Origin: Planctomycetota bacterium
Lineage (GTDB): Bacteria; Planctomycetota; UBA8108; SXIK01
DNA length: 64,000 bases
Assembly (NCBI GenBank): GCA_965223265.1
Contig: OZ244999.1
Location: forward strand, 6,272,001 to 6,336,000
Reading direction: 5' to 3'
Both the position numbers and the translations under genes were made by a program. The notes below the pieces were generated by a model. The model searched no databases and was not told the origin of the DNA. It saw only the letters and a list, made by a program, of their open reading frames with translations. Positions 52,837 to 62,793 of this stretch are shown piece after piece. The first letter of the stretch is position 1. Each line of letters opens with the position of its first letter.

Positions 52837-55800
52837 ATGTCTCGGCTCTCCGCTCTTCGAGGCAGATATCAGCTGAAACGCGAACTATCGCGGCACCGCG
52901 AAAGCTGCGTCTACGCCGCCGAGGATCGTCTGCTCGGCGAGCGCTGCGCCGCGAAGATCTTTCGCTGCACCGACTCAGCAAGCTATGAACGCGCTCGCAA
53001 GGAGTATGAAACCCTACGGCGCGTTCAGCACCCCGGCGTTGCGCACGTCTACGACTTCGGTCGCCTTGACTCGGACGACGCGCGCGATACGGGCCCCCTG
53101 TTCGCACCGCAGGAAGGGAGCGCCGAGCCGCGCACCGAAGCCTGCGCCTACTTGATCACGCAGTTTTACGACGGCCTCAACCTGAGGAACGCATTCCTAC
53201 GCTTGGGCAACTCCGCCGAGCACAACGGCGAGCATCCGAGCCATCTCGACGACGCAGCCTGGGAGGTCTTTCTTCGCAGCGTCGCCGACCTCTCCCATGC
53301 GCTCCACGCCATCCACCAAGCCGGATTGATCCACTACGACATCAAGCCGGACAACCTCATCCTTGCCGGCGAAAGCCCGAAGTTTCAGCCCAAAATCATC
53401 GACTTTGGACTGTCGAGCGAAACGACGACGCCGCTCGGAGATCGGGTACCCGGTACAGTTCCATTCATCGCACCCGAAGTCCTGCTCCGGCGAAACCCCG
53501 ATCCCCGGAGCGACCTCTACTCCCTCGGCGTGTCGATCGCATTCGCCGTCAGCGGACGCTACCCGTACTCCGGGCCGAATGAGGAAGAATGGTTGAAAGC
53601 AGCGATGAGCGGCGATGTGCTATCGCTCGACGAACTCTGCCCAGAGGCTCCGGGTGTGCTTACGGAGGTGGTTTCTGATCTCCTGGCGCCAGACCCTCTG
53701 CTCAGACCGAAGAACGCGCTGGCGGTCGCTCGTCGCCTGACAGCGCAGAGCGACTCACCTTGGACACCACCGGCTGCGGCTGCCAGCCGGCGTGCGCCGG
53801 CGGTTGGCTGGGAGTCCCAGCTCGGCAAGGTGCGTGTCGAAATCGAGCAGCTGCGACGTGACGAACACGAGAGTGGACTGATTCTCGTCGAAGGCGGACA
53901 CGATCAATTCGCGGACGAATTCATGGATGCCGTCGAAACGCTCGCTCGTGGCGAAGGCGTCACGGTCTTCCGCGCTTGGTGCCATTTGCCGCGTCGCTTC
54001 GCCTACCAACCGTTTGCGGAGCTGGCAAGGCAGTTACAGTTCGATGTGGAGCTCAACGCCCCCCGTTTCGCGCACTTCGCCGAGGCGGTCGCTCGCATCA
54101 CCCCGGTGGCGACGGCACCGGCTCCCCTCCCTCAGCTCCCACAAGAGACTGATTCCGTCCGCTTCCTCGCTCTACTCACGGACTTTTTCCTCGCTGTCAG
54201 CGCCGACAGACCAGTCATCTTTTGCATCCGCGATCTCGAGTCAGCCGGGGCCGAGTCGCTGGATCTCCTGACGTCGATTCTACGCAACCTCAAACCGGCT
54301 GTGGCGCCGGAAGCGGGGCTGTCAGGTCAGCTCCAGCGTCCTCCAGCACGGCTCATGATCGTCGCAACCTTTGCCGACGAGGACTCGGAGCGAGATGGAG
54401 ACCCGCGGATTGCCACCGCCGCGCAGCGAGTCCGGAAGCTCGCGGACGAGCCCCGCGCACGCCTCCTGGCACTCGAGGACCTTACGCTTGAGCAAACCGA
54501 CGAGTGGCTCCGAACTCGATCGCCGCAAATCCGATTGCCGGCCGAATCGCTCCGGCGGATCCATGAAGTGACGATGGGAGCGCCGCGCAGGCTTGACGCC
54601 GCGCTCCGCCGACTCGAAGCCTCCGCTTCGGAGTGCTCGTCCTCAGCAGACCGCGGCCGGGAGGCAGACGACCCTGCAGCGCTGCATCGCCACGTGCTGA
54701 GCCTACCGCCTACGTCGAGCGCGTCTCTTCAAGCCCGTGCGACCGACCTGCCCCCGGCTGCAGCCGCGCTCCTGGAGCTCCTGCTGGTCGCACGTGGCGC
54801 GGCCCCTTTCGCCATGTTGTCCATGGCACAGCAGGGCGGATCGACGAAGTCCGACGGGCAAGGCGCAGCGAGCGACACCTCTGTCGCCAACGCCGAGCGC
54901 GGAGCACCAGACGTCAGCCTGGACGAACATGCCGTCGCAGCGCTCGTTGAAACAGGCTTCGTCCGGGTTTGGGACGGAATCGAGGGAAAGGAACTCCACC
55001 TCACATCCAGAGAGTACCGCTACCAGGAGTATCGACGGATTCCGTTCGAACGTCGCACCGAGTTACACCGGAGTCTCGCCAAGGCGGCGCGCACCCTCAG
55101 TGCGAGCTGTCGCTGTCGGATCTCGGAGGACGCCATCTACCATGCCCGGCTCGGAGCGTGTCCAGTTCTCTTTTACGATCAGTCGCTCCGCGGCGTGGAA
55201 AGGCTGGCCAAGGTTCACGCAACGAACGCTGCGATCGATCTCGCCGAAGCGGCGCTCGGGGAACTCAGCGTCGTTGTCGGCCAGGTAGATGCCACATCGG
55301 GGATGAGCCTCGCCGATGGCGACGACCACGACAGAAGCGATCAGTCCTTTCCCGCCGGGCACACCTCCCACGCGCGTACGGTGCTCAATGAGCTCCTGGC
55401 AACCCTCTACTCGGCGCACGGTAACGGCACCAAGTCCCTCGAAAAATTGACGGTGCTCTCGTCGCTTTTCGACGCTTCGACAAACCCCGAAGGCTTGGCG
55501 TCCGTCTATCGCAGGATCGGCGAGCTCTATCTAGAGGGATCTGATCACACCAACGGCCTCTTTTTTCTCGAGCGAGCACTACTCATTCTGCGCGGACCTG
55601 ACGGCGAGTCGTCGACACAGACCAAGTTTCGGATCCGCGACGAAAAGATGAAGACCCTCCTTTTGATGGCACGTCATCTCCTGAAGAGGGAGGAGACCGG
55701 GCGAGCAGTCGACGTGCTCGAACAGTGCTTACGTCTAAGCGATGATGCGACCCAGACGCACCGCAATACTGTCGAGCGGTGCCGTGCTCTGCTCCTTTTG

Positions 55801-58800
55801 GCCGGAGTCGCGCATTCAGGAGCAGAGCGTGAGCGCGCCAAGGCGTTGCGCTCCTCGGCTGCGGCCGTTGCCAGCGCCTCGCATCTGCCATGGCTACGGA
55901 TGGAAGTTCTCGGTGTGCTTGGTGCGCACGCCAAAGACGTCGGCGAGTTCGACGCTGCAATCGCTCTGCTCGAAGAGCGCATCGCAATCGCGGCGGAGTG
56001 CCACAGCAAACTAGATCTTGCCTCGTCGCACACGACGTTGGGAACCGCGTACTACGGCAAAGGGAATCGACGTCAGGCGCTTGATTGCTACTTTCAAGCC
56101 CTACAACTGAGCCACGAAACCGGGGACACGAAGGGACTCGCCGACAGTTACATAAACCTTGGCAACGTCCATCGATTGACGGATGACCTGACACAAGCGC
56201 GAGGCTGCTACACCGAAGCAATCAGCCTCTACAGCCGTGTCAACGACCAGCTGGGCATGGCGCGCGGCATGAGCAATCTGGCCTCGATACTCGAACTCGA
56301 GGGCAAGTACAACGAAGGCATCGACTACGCTTATCGCGCGCTCCAAAAACGGAAGAAAAACGGGGTCGTCACTGACATTGCGTTCTCGTACTACAGACTT
56401 GGACATCTCTATCAGTCAAAAGGTGAGTTGTCGAAAGCCCTAAACTATGCCGAGCGCAGTTTCCGTATGCGCCAGCAAGCAAATGAAAGGCTTGGACTCG
56501 CCAACTCGCAGCTGCAACTGGCGCAAATTCATCTCGCGCAGTCCAAGCTCACTGCCGCGCTCAAGTACTGCTATCGCACCTATCGAGAGTTTCAATCTCT
56601 GAAAAATGAAGTCGGGGCGCTATTCGCCCGCGACGTGTTCGCGCGCGTTCTCCTCGAAATCGGTCGACATGAGAGCGCGCGGCGAATCACTCTCAAGGTG
56701 TTGGAAAAAGCAAGACGGCTGCAACAGCCGGTGCTCGTGGCATCATGCCTCATGCAGTTGGCACGCATCTCATCGTATCTGGGCGACGAATTCCGCGCGG
56801 AGCGTGAGCTCTCAGAAGCAGAGACACTTTTTCGCAGCGCCGCCAATCAGCGAGAGCTTGCGACGGTTTTGTTGGCTCAAGCGCATCTACAGTTCGATTG
56901 TGGCCACACAAAAAAAGCGGAGCGGCTCGCGTCGGAAGCGTACGAGATCTTGGAGCGGCTCGGCATTCGTGATCTTGTGCCCCGTTACTTTCTGCTCCGA
57001 GGACGCATCGAGCTTCGGCGCAGCGGGCGGCGCGACCCCGTGGAGGCAGAGAAACTTTTGACCCGCGGACTTTTGGAAGCACGCGAGTCGAATCTGCCCG
57101 ATCTCGTGTGGCGCTTTCATTTCTTCTTCGGCGACCTCGAAGCTGTCAACGGACACATCGCCCGTGCACGCCTGCAGTATGAGAAGGCAGCGAGCGTCCT
57201 CGACGACATCGCCACCGGACTGCCGCCGAGCGGTGCTCGCAGCTTCCGCCAGGAGCGCCATCGCCACGCGGTTTGGGAGCGCCTCGACTCACTGGAGACG
57301 CACGATGACCCTGCAGCTGAGCAGAGTATAGATTCCGAGAGCGAAGGGACTTCTCAAGGCGCGGCGGATTTTCTGGAAATCCACCGTGAGATCCTCAAGC
57401 TTCACGAGGTTGCCGGACTGCTTGGTGACGAGAGCGACCTCGAGAAACTGCTGGAACAGATATTGGATGCGGTTCTCGAACTCGTCGACGCTGAACGCGG
57501 CTTTATTCTCTGGCACCATGGCACGGCCGCGACAGACTACGTTGTGGCTCGCTCGGTCCGGGGACGCGAAATCGACAACCCACGCGCACTCGTCAGTCGA
57601 TCGGTCGCTTCTCAAGTGCTTGAGAGCGGTGCTCCATTGGTCGTCCGTGACGCAATCGTCGACGAAGGACTCAAGAGCTCAGAGAGCATTCGCAATCTGC
57701 ACATTCGCTCGCTGATCTGTCTGCCGCTCCGCTTTCGCAAGAAAGTCATCGGCGTCATCCACCTCGACAACACCAGCAGGAAAGACGCGTTTCTGGAGTC
57801 CGACGCTCGTCTCCTGCAGGCGTTCGCAGATCAAGCCGCTGTCGCCATCCAAACAGCGCTTCTCTTCGGGGAGAACAAGCGCCAGACGGCAGCTCTGCGA
57901 GCGGCGAACGCAGAACTGGACCGATTGAATCTGAAACTGCAGCAAAAGGTTCACCGCCAATCCACCCAACTAGCGATCGCCGAAGAGAACTTGAGGGACC
58001 AACAGCTGAAACTCGAAGAGCGCTATCGCTTCGATACGATCGTCGGACGCTCGCGACCGATGCAGCTGCTCTACCACCTGCTTGAGCGCATCTCGCCAAC
58101 CGATCTGTCAGTGTTAATCGAAGGAGAGAGCGGCACAGGAAAAGAATTGATCGCACGAGCGATTCACTACAACAGCCATCGAAAAAGCGGTCGGTTCGTC
58201 TCCGTCAATTGCGCCGCGCTCTCTGACGACTTGTTGGAGACGGAGCTCTTCGGTCACGTCCGCGGAGCTTTCACTGGCGCGCTCTCCAATCGACGCGGCC
58301 TATTCGACGAAGCACACAACGGATCACTGTTTCTCGACTCCGTCGGCGACATGAGCCCGCAGCTACAAAACAAACTCCTCCGCGTCCTGCAGGAAGGCGA
58401 ATTCCGACGCGTCGGCGCTAAGGAGGTAACCCAGGTCAACGTACGGATCATCTCGGCGTCGGATAGCGAACTCGACCAGGCCGTCAACTCCGGCGCCTTC
58501 AGGAAGGATCTCTACTTCCGGCTCAACGGTGTCTTGATTCCCGTTCCGCCGCTACGCGATCGCGCGGAGGACATTCCGCTGCTGGTCGAGCACTTCTGCA
58601 ATGAAGCACGCGGCGACAACAGCATCAAGTTCACGCGTGGAGCCATCCAGCAACTGATGGGCTACTCGTGGCCTGGCAACGTGCGGGAGCTGAAGACGAC
58701 TGTCGAGAAGGCCGCTGTCATGCGCGACGGTGAGCCGGTCCGCGCGCAGGACCTCGGACTCGCCGCAGGTCAGCAAGTCGACCTTCCGAAGCTGCGGGAG

Positions 58801-58968
58801 GCGCGCGATCGCTTCGAGCGCGACTACCTTCTGGCTTGTCTCGGGCAGAATCAGAGCGTCTCGAAGGCGGCTCAGCGCTGCGGCATTTCCCGGGAGACGT
58901 TTTATCGGCTCATGCGTAAGCATGGCCTGACGACCGAGCCCCGGGGAGGCAGCAGCCCCCTCTCATGA
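52837..58968 (+). CDS. Multidomain signalling protein: Ser/Thr kinase + degenerate STAND-like NTPase + TPRs + GAF + sigma54 AAA+ + HTH
   Basis: IHYDIKPDN, IIDFG, GTVPFIAPE, SDLYSLG; TPRs; AERGFI...SLICLPL...LDN; GESGTGKE, GAFTGA, LFLDSVGDM, WPGNVREL; HTH. Confidence 0.92.
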   Translation: MSRLSALRGRYQLKRELSRHRESCVYAAEDRLLGERCAAKIFRCTDSASYERARKEYETLRRVQHPGVAHVYDFGRLDSDDARDTGPLFAPQEGSAEPRTEACAYLITQFYDGLNLRNAFLRLGNSAEHNGEHPSHLDDAAWEVFLRSVADLSHALHAIHQAGLIHYDIKPDNLILAGESPKFQPKIIDFGLSSETTTPLGDRVPGTVPFIAPEVLLRRNPDPRSDLYSLGVSIAFAVSGRYPYSGPNEEEWLKAAMSGDVLSLDELCPEAPGVLTEVVSDLLAPDPLLRPKNALAVARRLTAQSDSPWTPPAAAASRRAPAVGWESQLGKVRVEIEQLRRDEHESGLILVEGGHDQFADEFMDAVETLARGEGVTVFRAWCHLPRRFAYQPFAELARQLQFDVELNAPRFAHFAEAVARITPVATAPAPLPQLPQETDSVRFLALLTDFFLAVSADRPVIFCIRDLESAGAESLDLLTSILRNLKPAVAPEAGLSGQLQRPPARLMIVATFADEDSERDGDPRIATAAQRVRKLADEPRARLLALEDLTLEQTDEWLRTRSPQIRLPAESLRRIHEVTMGAPRRLDAALRRLEASASECSSSADRGREADDPAALHRHVLSLPPTSSASLQARATDLPPAAAALLELLLVARGAAPFAMLSMAQQGGSTKSDGQGAASDTSVANAERGAPDVSLDEHAVAALVETGFVRVWDGIEGKELHLTSREYRYQEYRRIPFERRTELHRSLAKAARTLSASCRCRISEDAIYHARLGACPVLFYDQSLRGVERLAKVHATNAAIDLAEAALGELSVVVGQVDATSGMSLADGDDHDRSDQSFPAGHTSHARTVLNELLATLYSAHGNGTKSLEKLTVLSSLFDASTNPEGLASVYRRIGELYLEGSDHTNGLFFLERALLILRGPDGESSTQTKFRIRDEKMKTLLLMARHLLKREETGRAVDVLEQCLRLSDDATQTHRNTVERCRALLLLAGVAHSGAERERAKALRSSAAAVASASHLPWLRMEVLGVLGAHAKDVGEFDAAIALLEERIAIAAECHSKLDLASSHTTLGTAYYGKGNRRQALDCYFQALQLSHETGDTKGLADSYINLGNVHRLTDDLTQARGCYTEAISLYSRVNDQLGMARGMSNLASILELEGKYNEGIDYAYRALQKRKKNGVVTDIAFSYYRLGHLYQSKGELSKALNYAERSFRMRQQANERLGLANSQLQLAQIHLAQSKLTAALKYCYRTYREFQSLKNEVGALFARDVFARVLLEIGRHESARRITLKVLEKARRLQQPVLVASCLMQLARISSYLGDEFRAERELSEAETLFRSAANQRELATVLLAQAHLQFDCGHTKKAERLASEAYEILERLGIRDLVPRYFLLRGRIELRRSGRRDPVEAEKLLTRGLLEARESNLPDLVWRFHFFFGDLEAVNGHIARARLQYEKAASVLDDIATGLPPSGARSFRQERHRHAVWERLDSLETHDDPAAEQSIDSESEGTSQGAADFLEIHREILKLHEVAGLLGDESDLEKLLEQILDAVLELVDAERGFILWHHGTAATDYVVARSVRGREIDNPRALVSRSVASQVLESGAPLVVRDAIVDEGLKSSESIRNLHIRSLICLPLRFRKKVIGVIHLDNTSRKDAFLESDARLLQAFADQAAVAIQTALLFGENKRQTAALRAANAELDRLNLKLQQKVHRQSTQLAIAEENLRDQQLKLEERYRFDTIVGRSRPMQLLYHLLERISPTDLSVLIEGESGTGKELIARAIHYNSHRKSGRFVSVNCAALSDDLLETELFGHVRGAFTGALSNRRGLFDEAHNGSLFLDSVGDMSPQLQNKLLRVLQEGEFRRVGAKEVTQVNVRIISASDSELDQAVNSGAFRKDLYFRLNGVLIPVPPLRDRAEDIPLLVEHFCNEARGDNSIKFTRGAIQQLMGYSWPGNVRELKTTVEKAAVMRDGEPVRAQDLGLAAGQQVDLPKLREARDRFERDYLLACLGQNQSVSKAAQRCGISRETFYRLMRKHGLTTEPRGGSSPLS

Positions 58969-58975
58969 ACAGAGA

Positions 58976-60061
58976 ATGAGTTTGCACGACCCAAAAGTCA
59001 GCCGTACGATGAACCCGTCGAGCGGGGCCTCCCGACGTCGGATCGCCCGATTTCGGGTCGCGCCCAGTCTGCAGCCGTGGAATGACGAGAAGGGATGTGT
59101 GGCGATGGGGCCAATCGCGACACCTAATGGGCCGATGCGACCACAGACCTCCGCCGCGTGGCGGGTCGCGACAACCAGCGCGTCAAGACAGCGCCTGGCA
59201 TGCCGCCGATTCCCTCGCCCCGCCGGGGCTGCCATGGCAGTGGCACTGACGGTGTTCACGACCCTGCTGCTGGTGGTCGGCGCTGGGCTCTGGAGCGGAC
59301 GCGCGGTAGCAAAGCCGGCCACGGGTTGGGGGCAGCTCCCCCCGATCTACGAGGCCATGCTCGAGGAGGCCGCAGCCGCTGAGACCCTAGAGGTCGTACA
59401 GCGCACAGAGCTCGTCGTTCGCGGCCCGAACGATGGCGAACCGGCGGGAAGCCGGTATCTCGAGCTGACAGCGACCACAAACTACCAGCGTAGTGCCGAG
59501 ATCAACGCGTACATGGAGAACGTGCTCGTTGGCTCTGTGGTCTTACCGCGCAGCGATGGCGACGGCCGCGTCACGGTCGAGGTGAGACTTTCGGTACCGG
59601 AGCTGGAGCGCCAACTCGGTCGTCAACTCACGAGTCCCGACGGGCCAGCACCGAGGTTTTCGGTGACGTTGATTGACCGTGCGACGCGCTCCCTCAAGGC
59701 TGTGGCAGCATGGCGCATGCCGCGGTCGAAGCCTTGGCTCGAGCCTCGAGAACTTAGCGATTGGAACGAACTACGCATCGGATCGGATTTCGACGTGGCG
59801 GCATGGGCACACCTGCCAACCGGCGTGACTTATTTCGTCGTCGCGGCCGGGGCTGACGCCGAGTCGCTGCATCTCTCACCCGAGCGCCCCGAGCTCTACG
59901 AAAAGGCACGGATCGTTGTGGGCGGCATGCCTTCGCCGGAGATTCAGGACGCCGGAGGACTTGATCTGTCGCTAAGGGTCAGCCGAGGGACGTACGTCGT
60001 TCTGTGGGCGCTCACGCCCAATGGCTGGAAGCGATCGACCGTTTACAAAGTGGTCCCCTGA
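58976..60061 (+). CDS. Hypothetical membrane-anchored or exported protein
   Basis: 361-aa ORF with hydrophobic MAVALTVFTTLLLVVGAGLW; true start may be ATG 59234. Confidence 0.55.
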   Translation: MSLHDPKVSRTMNPSSGASRRRIARFRVAPSLQPWNDEKGCVAMGPIATPNGPMRPQTSAAWRVATTSASRQRLACRRFPRPAGAAMAVALTVFTTLLLVVGAGLWSGRAVAKPATGWGQLPPIYEAMLEEAAAAETLEVVQRTELVVRGPNDGEPAGSRYLELTATTNYQRSAEINAYMENVLVGSVVLPRSDGDGRVTVEVRLSVPELERQLGRQLTSPDGPAPRFSVTLIDRATRSLKAVAAWRMPRSKPWLEPRELSDWNELRIGSDFDVAAWAHLPTGVTYFVVAAGADAESLHLSPERPELYEKARIVVGGMPSPEIQDAGGLDLSLRVSRGTYVVLWALTPNGWKRSTVYKVVP

Positions 60062-60322
60062 CATCCCCGCCGCCGCCGCAGGCTGCCGATGAGAGGTGTG
60101 AACTCGCCCACCTCGTCTGAGGTAGTGCGGCCCGAATCGTGGCCGCAAACGTGGACCGGGCGCCGCCACCGCGGCCCGACGACGATTTCCGAGCAATGAG
60201 CCCCCCGGAAATCGCCGAGAAGCCGGCGGATCCGCAGCCACGGCAAGCTACCCGCCAGACTCCCCGTGCGCTGCAGCGAACGAGAAGCGACCCGCGCTCA
60301 ACCCGAAGCGTGTGGCCGCCGG

Positions 60323-60383
60323 CTGTTAAATCGCTTTAACAGAATCGTCCGGATTGTGTCATTAAACTGACAACTTTTGGACA
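60323..60383. promoter_or_regulatory. Putative activator-binding region upstream of the sigma factor gene
   Basis: IR CTGTTAAA-tcgc-TTTAACAG (60323-42), then half-sites CGTCC/TGTCA/TGACA/GGACA at an 11-bp period (60346, 60357, 60368, 60379). Confidence 0.55.
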
Positions 60384-60469
60384 TTCCCTTCGTCGCGCTG
60401 CCACCGGGATGACCCGTAACCGCCTGCTACCAAGGGAAATACGCCGCTGTACGGGTGTTTTCCAGAATC

Positions 60470-60485
60470 TGGCCTAGGGTTTGCT
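60470..60485 (+). promoter_or_regulatory. sigma54 (-24/-12) promoter of the sigma70-family gene
   Basis: TGGCCTAGGGTTTGCT: GG-N10-GC with TTGCT, about 110 bp before the ATG; RBS AGGAGGTG. Confidence 0.65.
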
Positions 60486-60596
60486 CCTTCGTCCCCCGTG
60501 ACTCGTCTCTCCCGTCGCGTTCAGTGGAACGGTCGCGACCCTCCCCGAGCTACGGTCATTCGATCGTGACGTAGCGCCCGCCCCACCAGGAGGTGA

Positions 60597-62171
60597 ATGT
60601 TGAAGATCGAATCGATTCTTCCGCGCCTGATCAAAGCGTTCGCCGAGCAGAAGAAAGCCAGCGTTGATCAGATCATGGACCAAGCGCCGGACGTTGAGCC
60701 TGATTCTCCGGAATTCCGGCAGATTCTCGCCGCCCTCAGCGAAGAAGGAATCCGCGTCACTGACGACGCCGACGAAGAGAACTCACCTCTGGAAGACAAT
60801 CGCGACGACGAAGCGGCGGCGATCCGGAAGTTAGACGATCCGATCCGGATGTACTTTTCGCAAATGGCACGCATCCCGCTTCTGACGCGTGAGCAAGAGA
60901 TCACGCTCGCCAGGGAGCTCGAGGAGTCGCGCAACGCACTCCGTGTTCTCATCTACTCAACGCGACTCGGTCAAACGCAAGCCCTCGATCTTCTCGAGCT
61001 CGTGCTCAACAAAGAGATCTTCGTCGAGAAGGTATTGGACGTGAACCTGTCGCGCAAAGGTGAGCGACACGAGTTCTTTCAGAAGCTCGCGAAGTCAGCA
61101 GACGATCTCCGCCGCCAGTTGGAACGTAACACCGCTGATTTCGCTGAGCTCCACCAGCTCCCAAGCCGTTCCCCCAAGCGTGCGGTTGTCGAAAAACGGC
61201 TACGTCGACGCATTCAACGTGTCGTCAAACTTCTCGACGCCTATCAGATCAAGACGAAGTATCTAACGCGCTGGAAAACGATGATGGTCCGATTGGCCAA
61301 GGATGTCGGCCAATCCTTTCCGACCTCCGTGCCCCAAAAAGGGCTCTCTCAGCTACCAGCGATGACTCATGTCAACAAGGCGCTTTTCGAGTCCTATCCG
61401 GAATTCGTCGAGCGGTCCCAGCGTGTTGACGAGGAGTTTCATCGCTACGAGCGCGCCAAGAGCGATCTATCGTCGGCAAACCTGCGCCTCGTCGTCAGCG
61501 TCGCCAAGAGGTATCGCAAGCGCGGACTCTCGTTCTTGGATTTGATCCAAGAAGGCAACACCGGGCTCATGCGCGCGACCGAAAAGTTTGAGTACCGCAA
61601 GGGTTATAAGTTCTCCACCTATGCCACGTGGTGGATTCGACAAGCGATCTCACGTGCGATTGCTGAAAAATCCCGCATGATTCGTCTACCGGTCTACATG
61701 TCCGAGACGATGTCGAAGCTGATGACCGCGACGCGGGAACTTGATCAGACGACAGGCGAAGCCCCCGACATCATGGACCTCGCCGACGAGCTGAACCTAC
61801 CGCGCGAGGAAATCCGCAAGGCGCTCAAACTGTCACGGCCGCCGATCTCAATGAACAGCCCTCTCGGTGACGACGACGACTGCACGTTCGAAGAGTTCAT
61901 CGAAGATCCAAGCACGGACTCTCCGACTGCCAATCTCAACCGAGACATGCTCAAAACTCGGTTGGAGGACGTGCTGCAGTCGCTCAGCTTGCGAGAGCGT
62001 GAAGTCGTCAAGATGCGTTTCGGCATTGGGCGCGACAGCACCTACACGCTTGAGGAGCTCGGCAAAAAATTCAAGGTGACGCGGGAACGTATCCGCCAGA
62101 TCGAGATCCGCGCTCTCAAGAAGCTACAGCACCCAGTTCGCAGCCGCATGCTGGAAGGGTTCCTGGAGTAG
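60597..62171 (+). CDS. RpoD-like sigma70-family factor (probably a paralog)
   Basis: [75 protein letters not shown]; not next to dnaG. Confidence 0.93.
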   Translation: MLKIESILPRLIKAFAEQKKASVDQIMDQAPDVEPDSPEFRQILAALSEEGIRVTDDADEENSPLEDNRDDEAAAIRKLDDPIRMYFSQMARIPLLTREQEITLARELEESRNALRVLIYSTRLGQTQALDLLELVLNKEIFVEKVLDVNLSRKGERHEFFQKLAKSADDLRRQLERNTADFAELHQLPSRSPKRAVVEKRLRRRIQRVVKLLDAYQIKTKYLTRWKTMMVRLAKDVGQSFPTSVPQKGLSQLPAMTHVNKALFESYPEFVERSQRVDEEFHRYERAKSDLSSANLRLVVSVAKRYRKRGLSFLDLIQEGNTGLMRATEKFEYRKGYKFSTYATWWIRQAISRAIAEKSRMIRLPVYMSETMSKLMTATRELDQTTGEAPDIMDLADELNLPREEIRKALKLSRPPISMNSPLGDDDDCTFEEFIEDPSTDSPTANLNRDMLKTRLEDVLQSLSLREREVVKMRFGIGRDSTYTLEELGKKFKVTRERIRQIEIRALKKLQHPVRSRMLEGFLE

Positions 62172-62187
62172 GACTCGATAGAGCACC

Positions 62188-62793
62188 TCAGCACTCGCGG
62201 AGCAGACCGCTGTAGAGCTTTTCGAGCTGCTCGAGGTAGCCACTGCAGCGAGTAGCGGCACGCTCGGCTTCCGCTGCCGTGAGAAACGGCAGGTTTGCGT
62301 CGACATTCAGACGCGTTGCGCGGTAAGTCGCACGGGTAAACTCTACTGCAGCCCAGAGATCGCTCTGCGCACGCAAAGGCGACTCGGCGTCGAGTTCGCG
62401 CAAACGCACTGCTAGTTTGAGCAGGGAGAGGCAATTCTCCAGCGTCGCAAGGGGCACACGTGTGGCTTCCGTCGCGGCAGCCGACTTTGCAGCCTCACGC
62501 TTGGCGCGTTCGGTGTCGCTTCGCCGTGGAAGCCGCAGCGCCGCCATAAAACCTTCGAATGCCCGCATGTCCTCGCCTTCGAGCTGCTCGAAACGGCGGC
62601 TGATCTGTACGGCGTCGTCGAGCAACGCTTCGAGTTCCCGACGACGGGCCTCATCGCCAGTCTTCGGCAGGGTGATTCCAACGACCATCTGGAGGAGCGA
62701 GCTGGCGAAACGCCCCACCCGCGCCGCCGCCGCGCCGCCGCCGGGAGTGGCGGTAGCGGCGGCCAATCGCTCCTCGAACGCGCTGTCAGCCAT
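62188..62793 (-). CDS. Formiminotransferase-cyclodeaminase C-terminal (cyclohydrolase) family protein
   Basis: ATPGGGAAAA...LLQMV...DMRAF..FMAALRLP...ATRVPL...SD...LNVDANL. Confidence 0.8.
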   Translation of the reverse strand: MADSAFEERLAAATATPGGGAAAARVGRFASSLLQMVVGITLPKTGDEARRRELEALLDDAVQISRRFEQLEGEDMRAFEGFMAALRLPRRSDTERAKREAAKSAAATEATRVPLATLENCLSLLKLAVRLRELDAESPLRAQSDLWAAVEFTRATYRATRLNVDANLPFLTAAEAERAATRCSGYLEQLEKLYSGLLREC

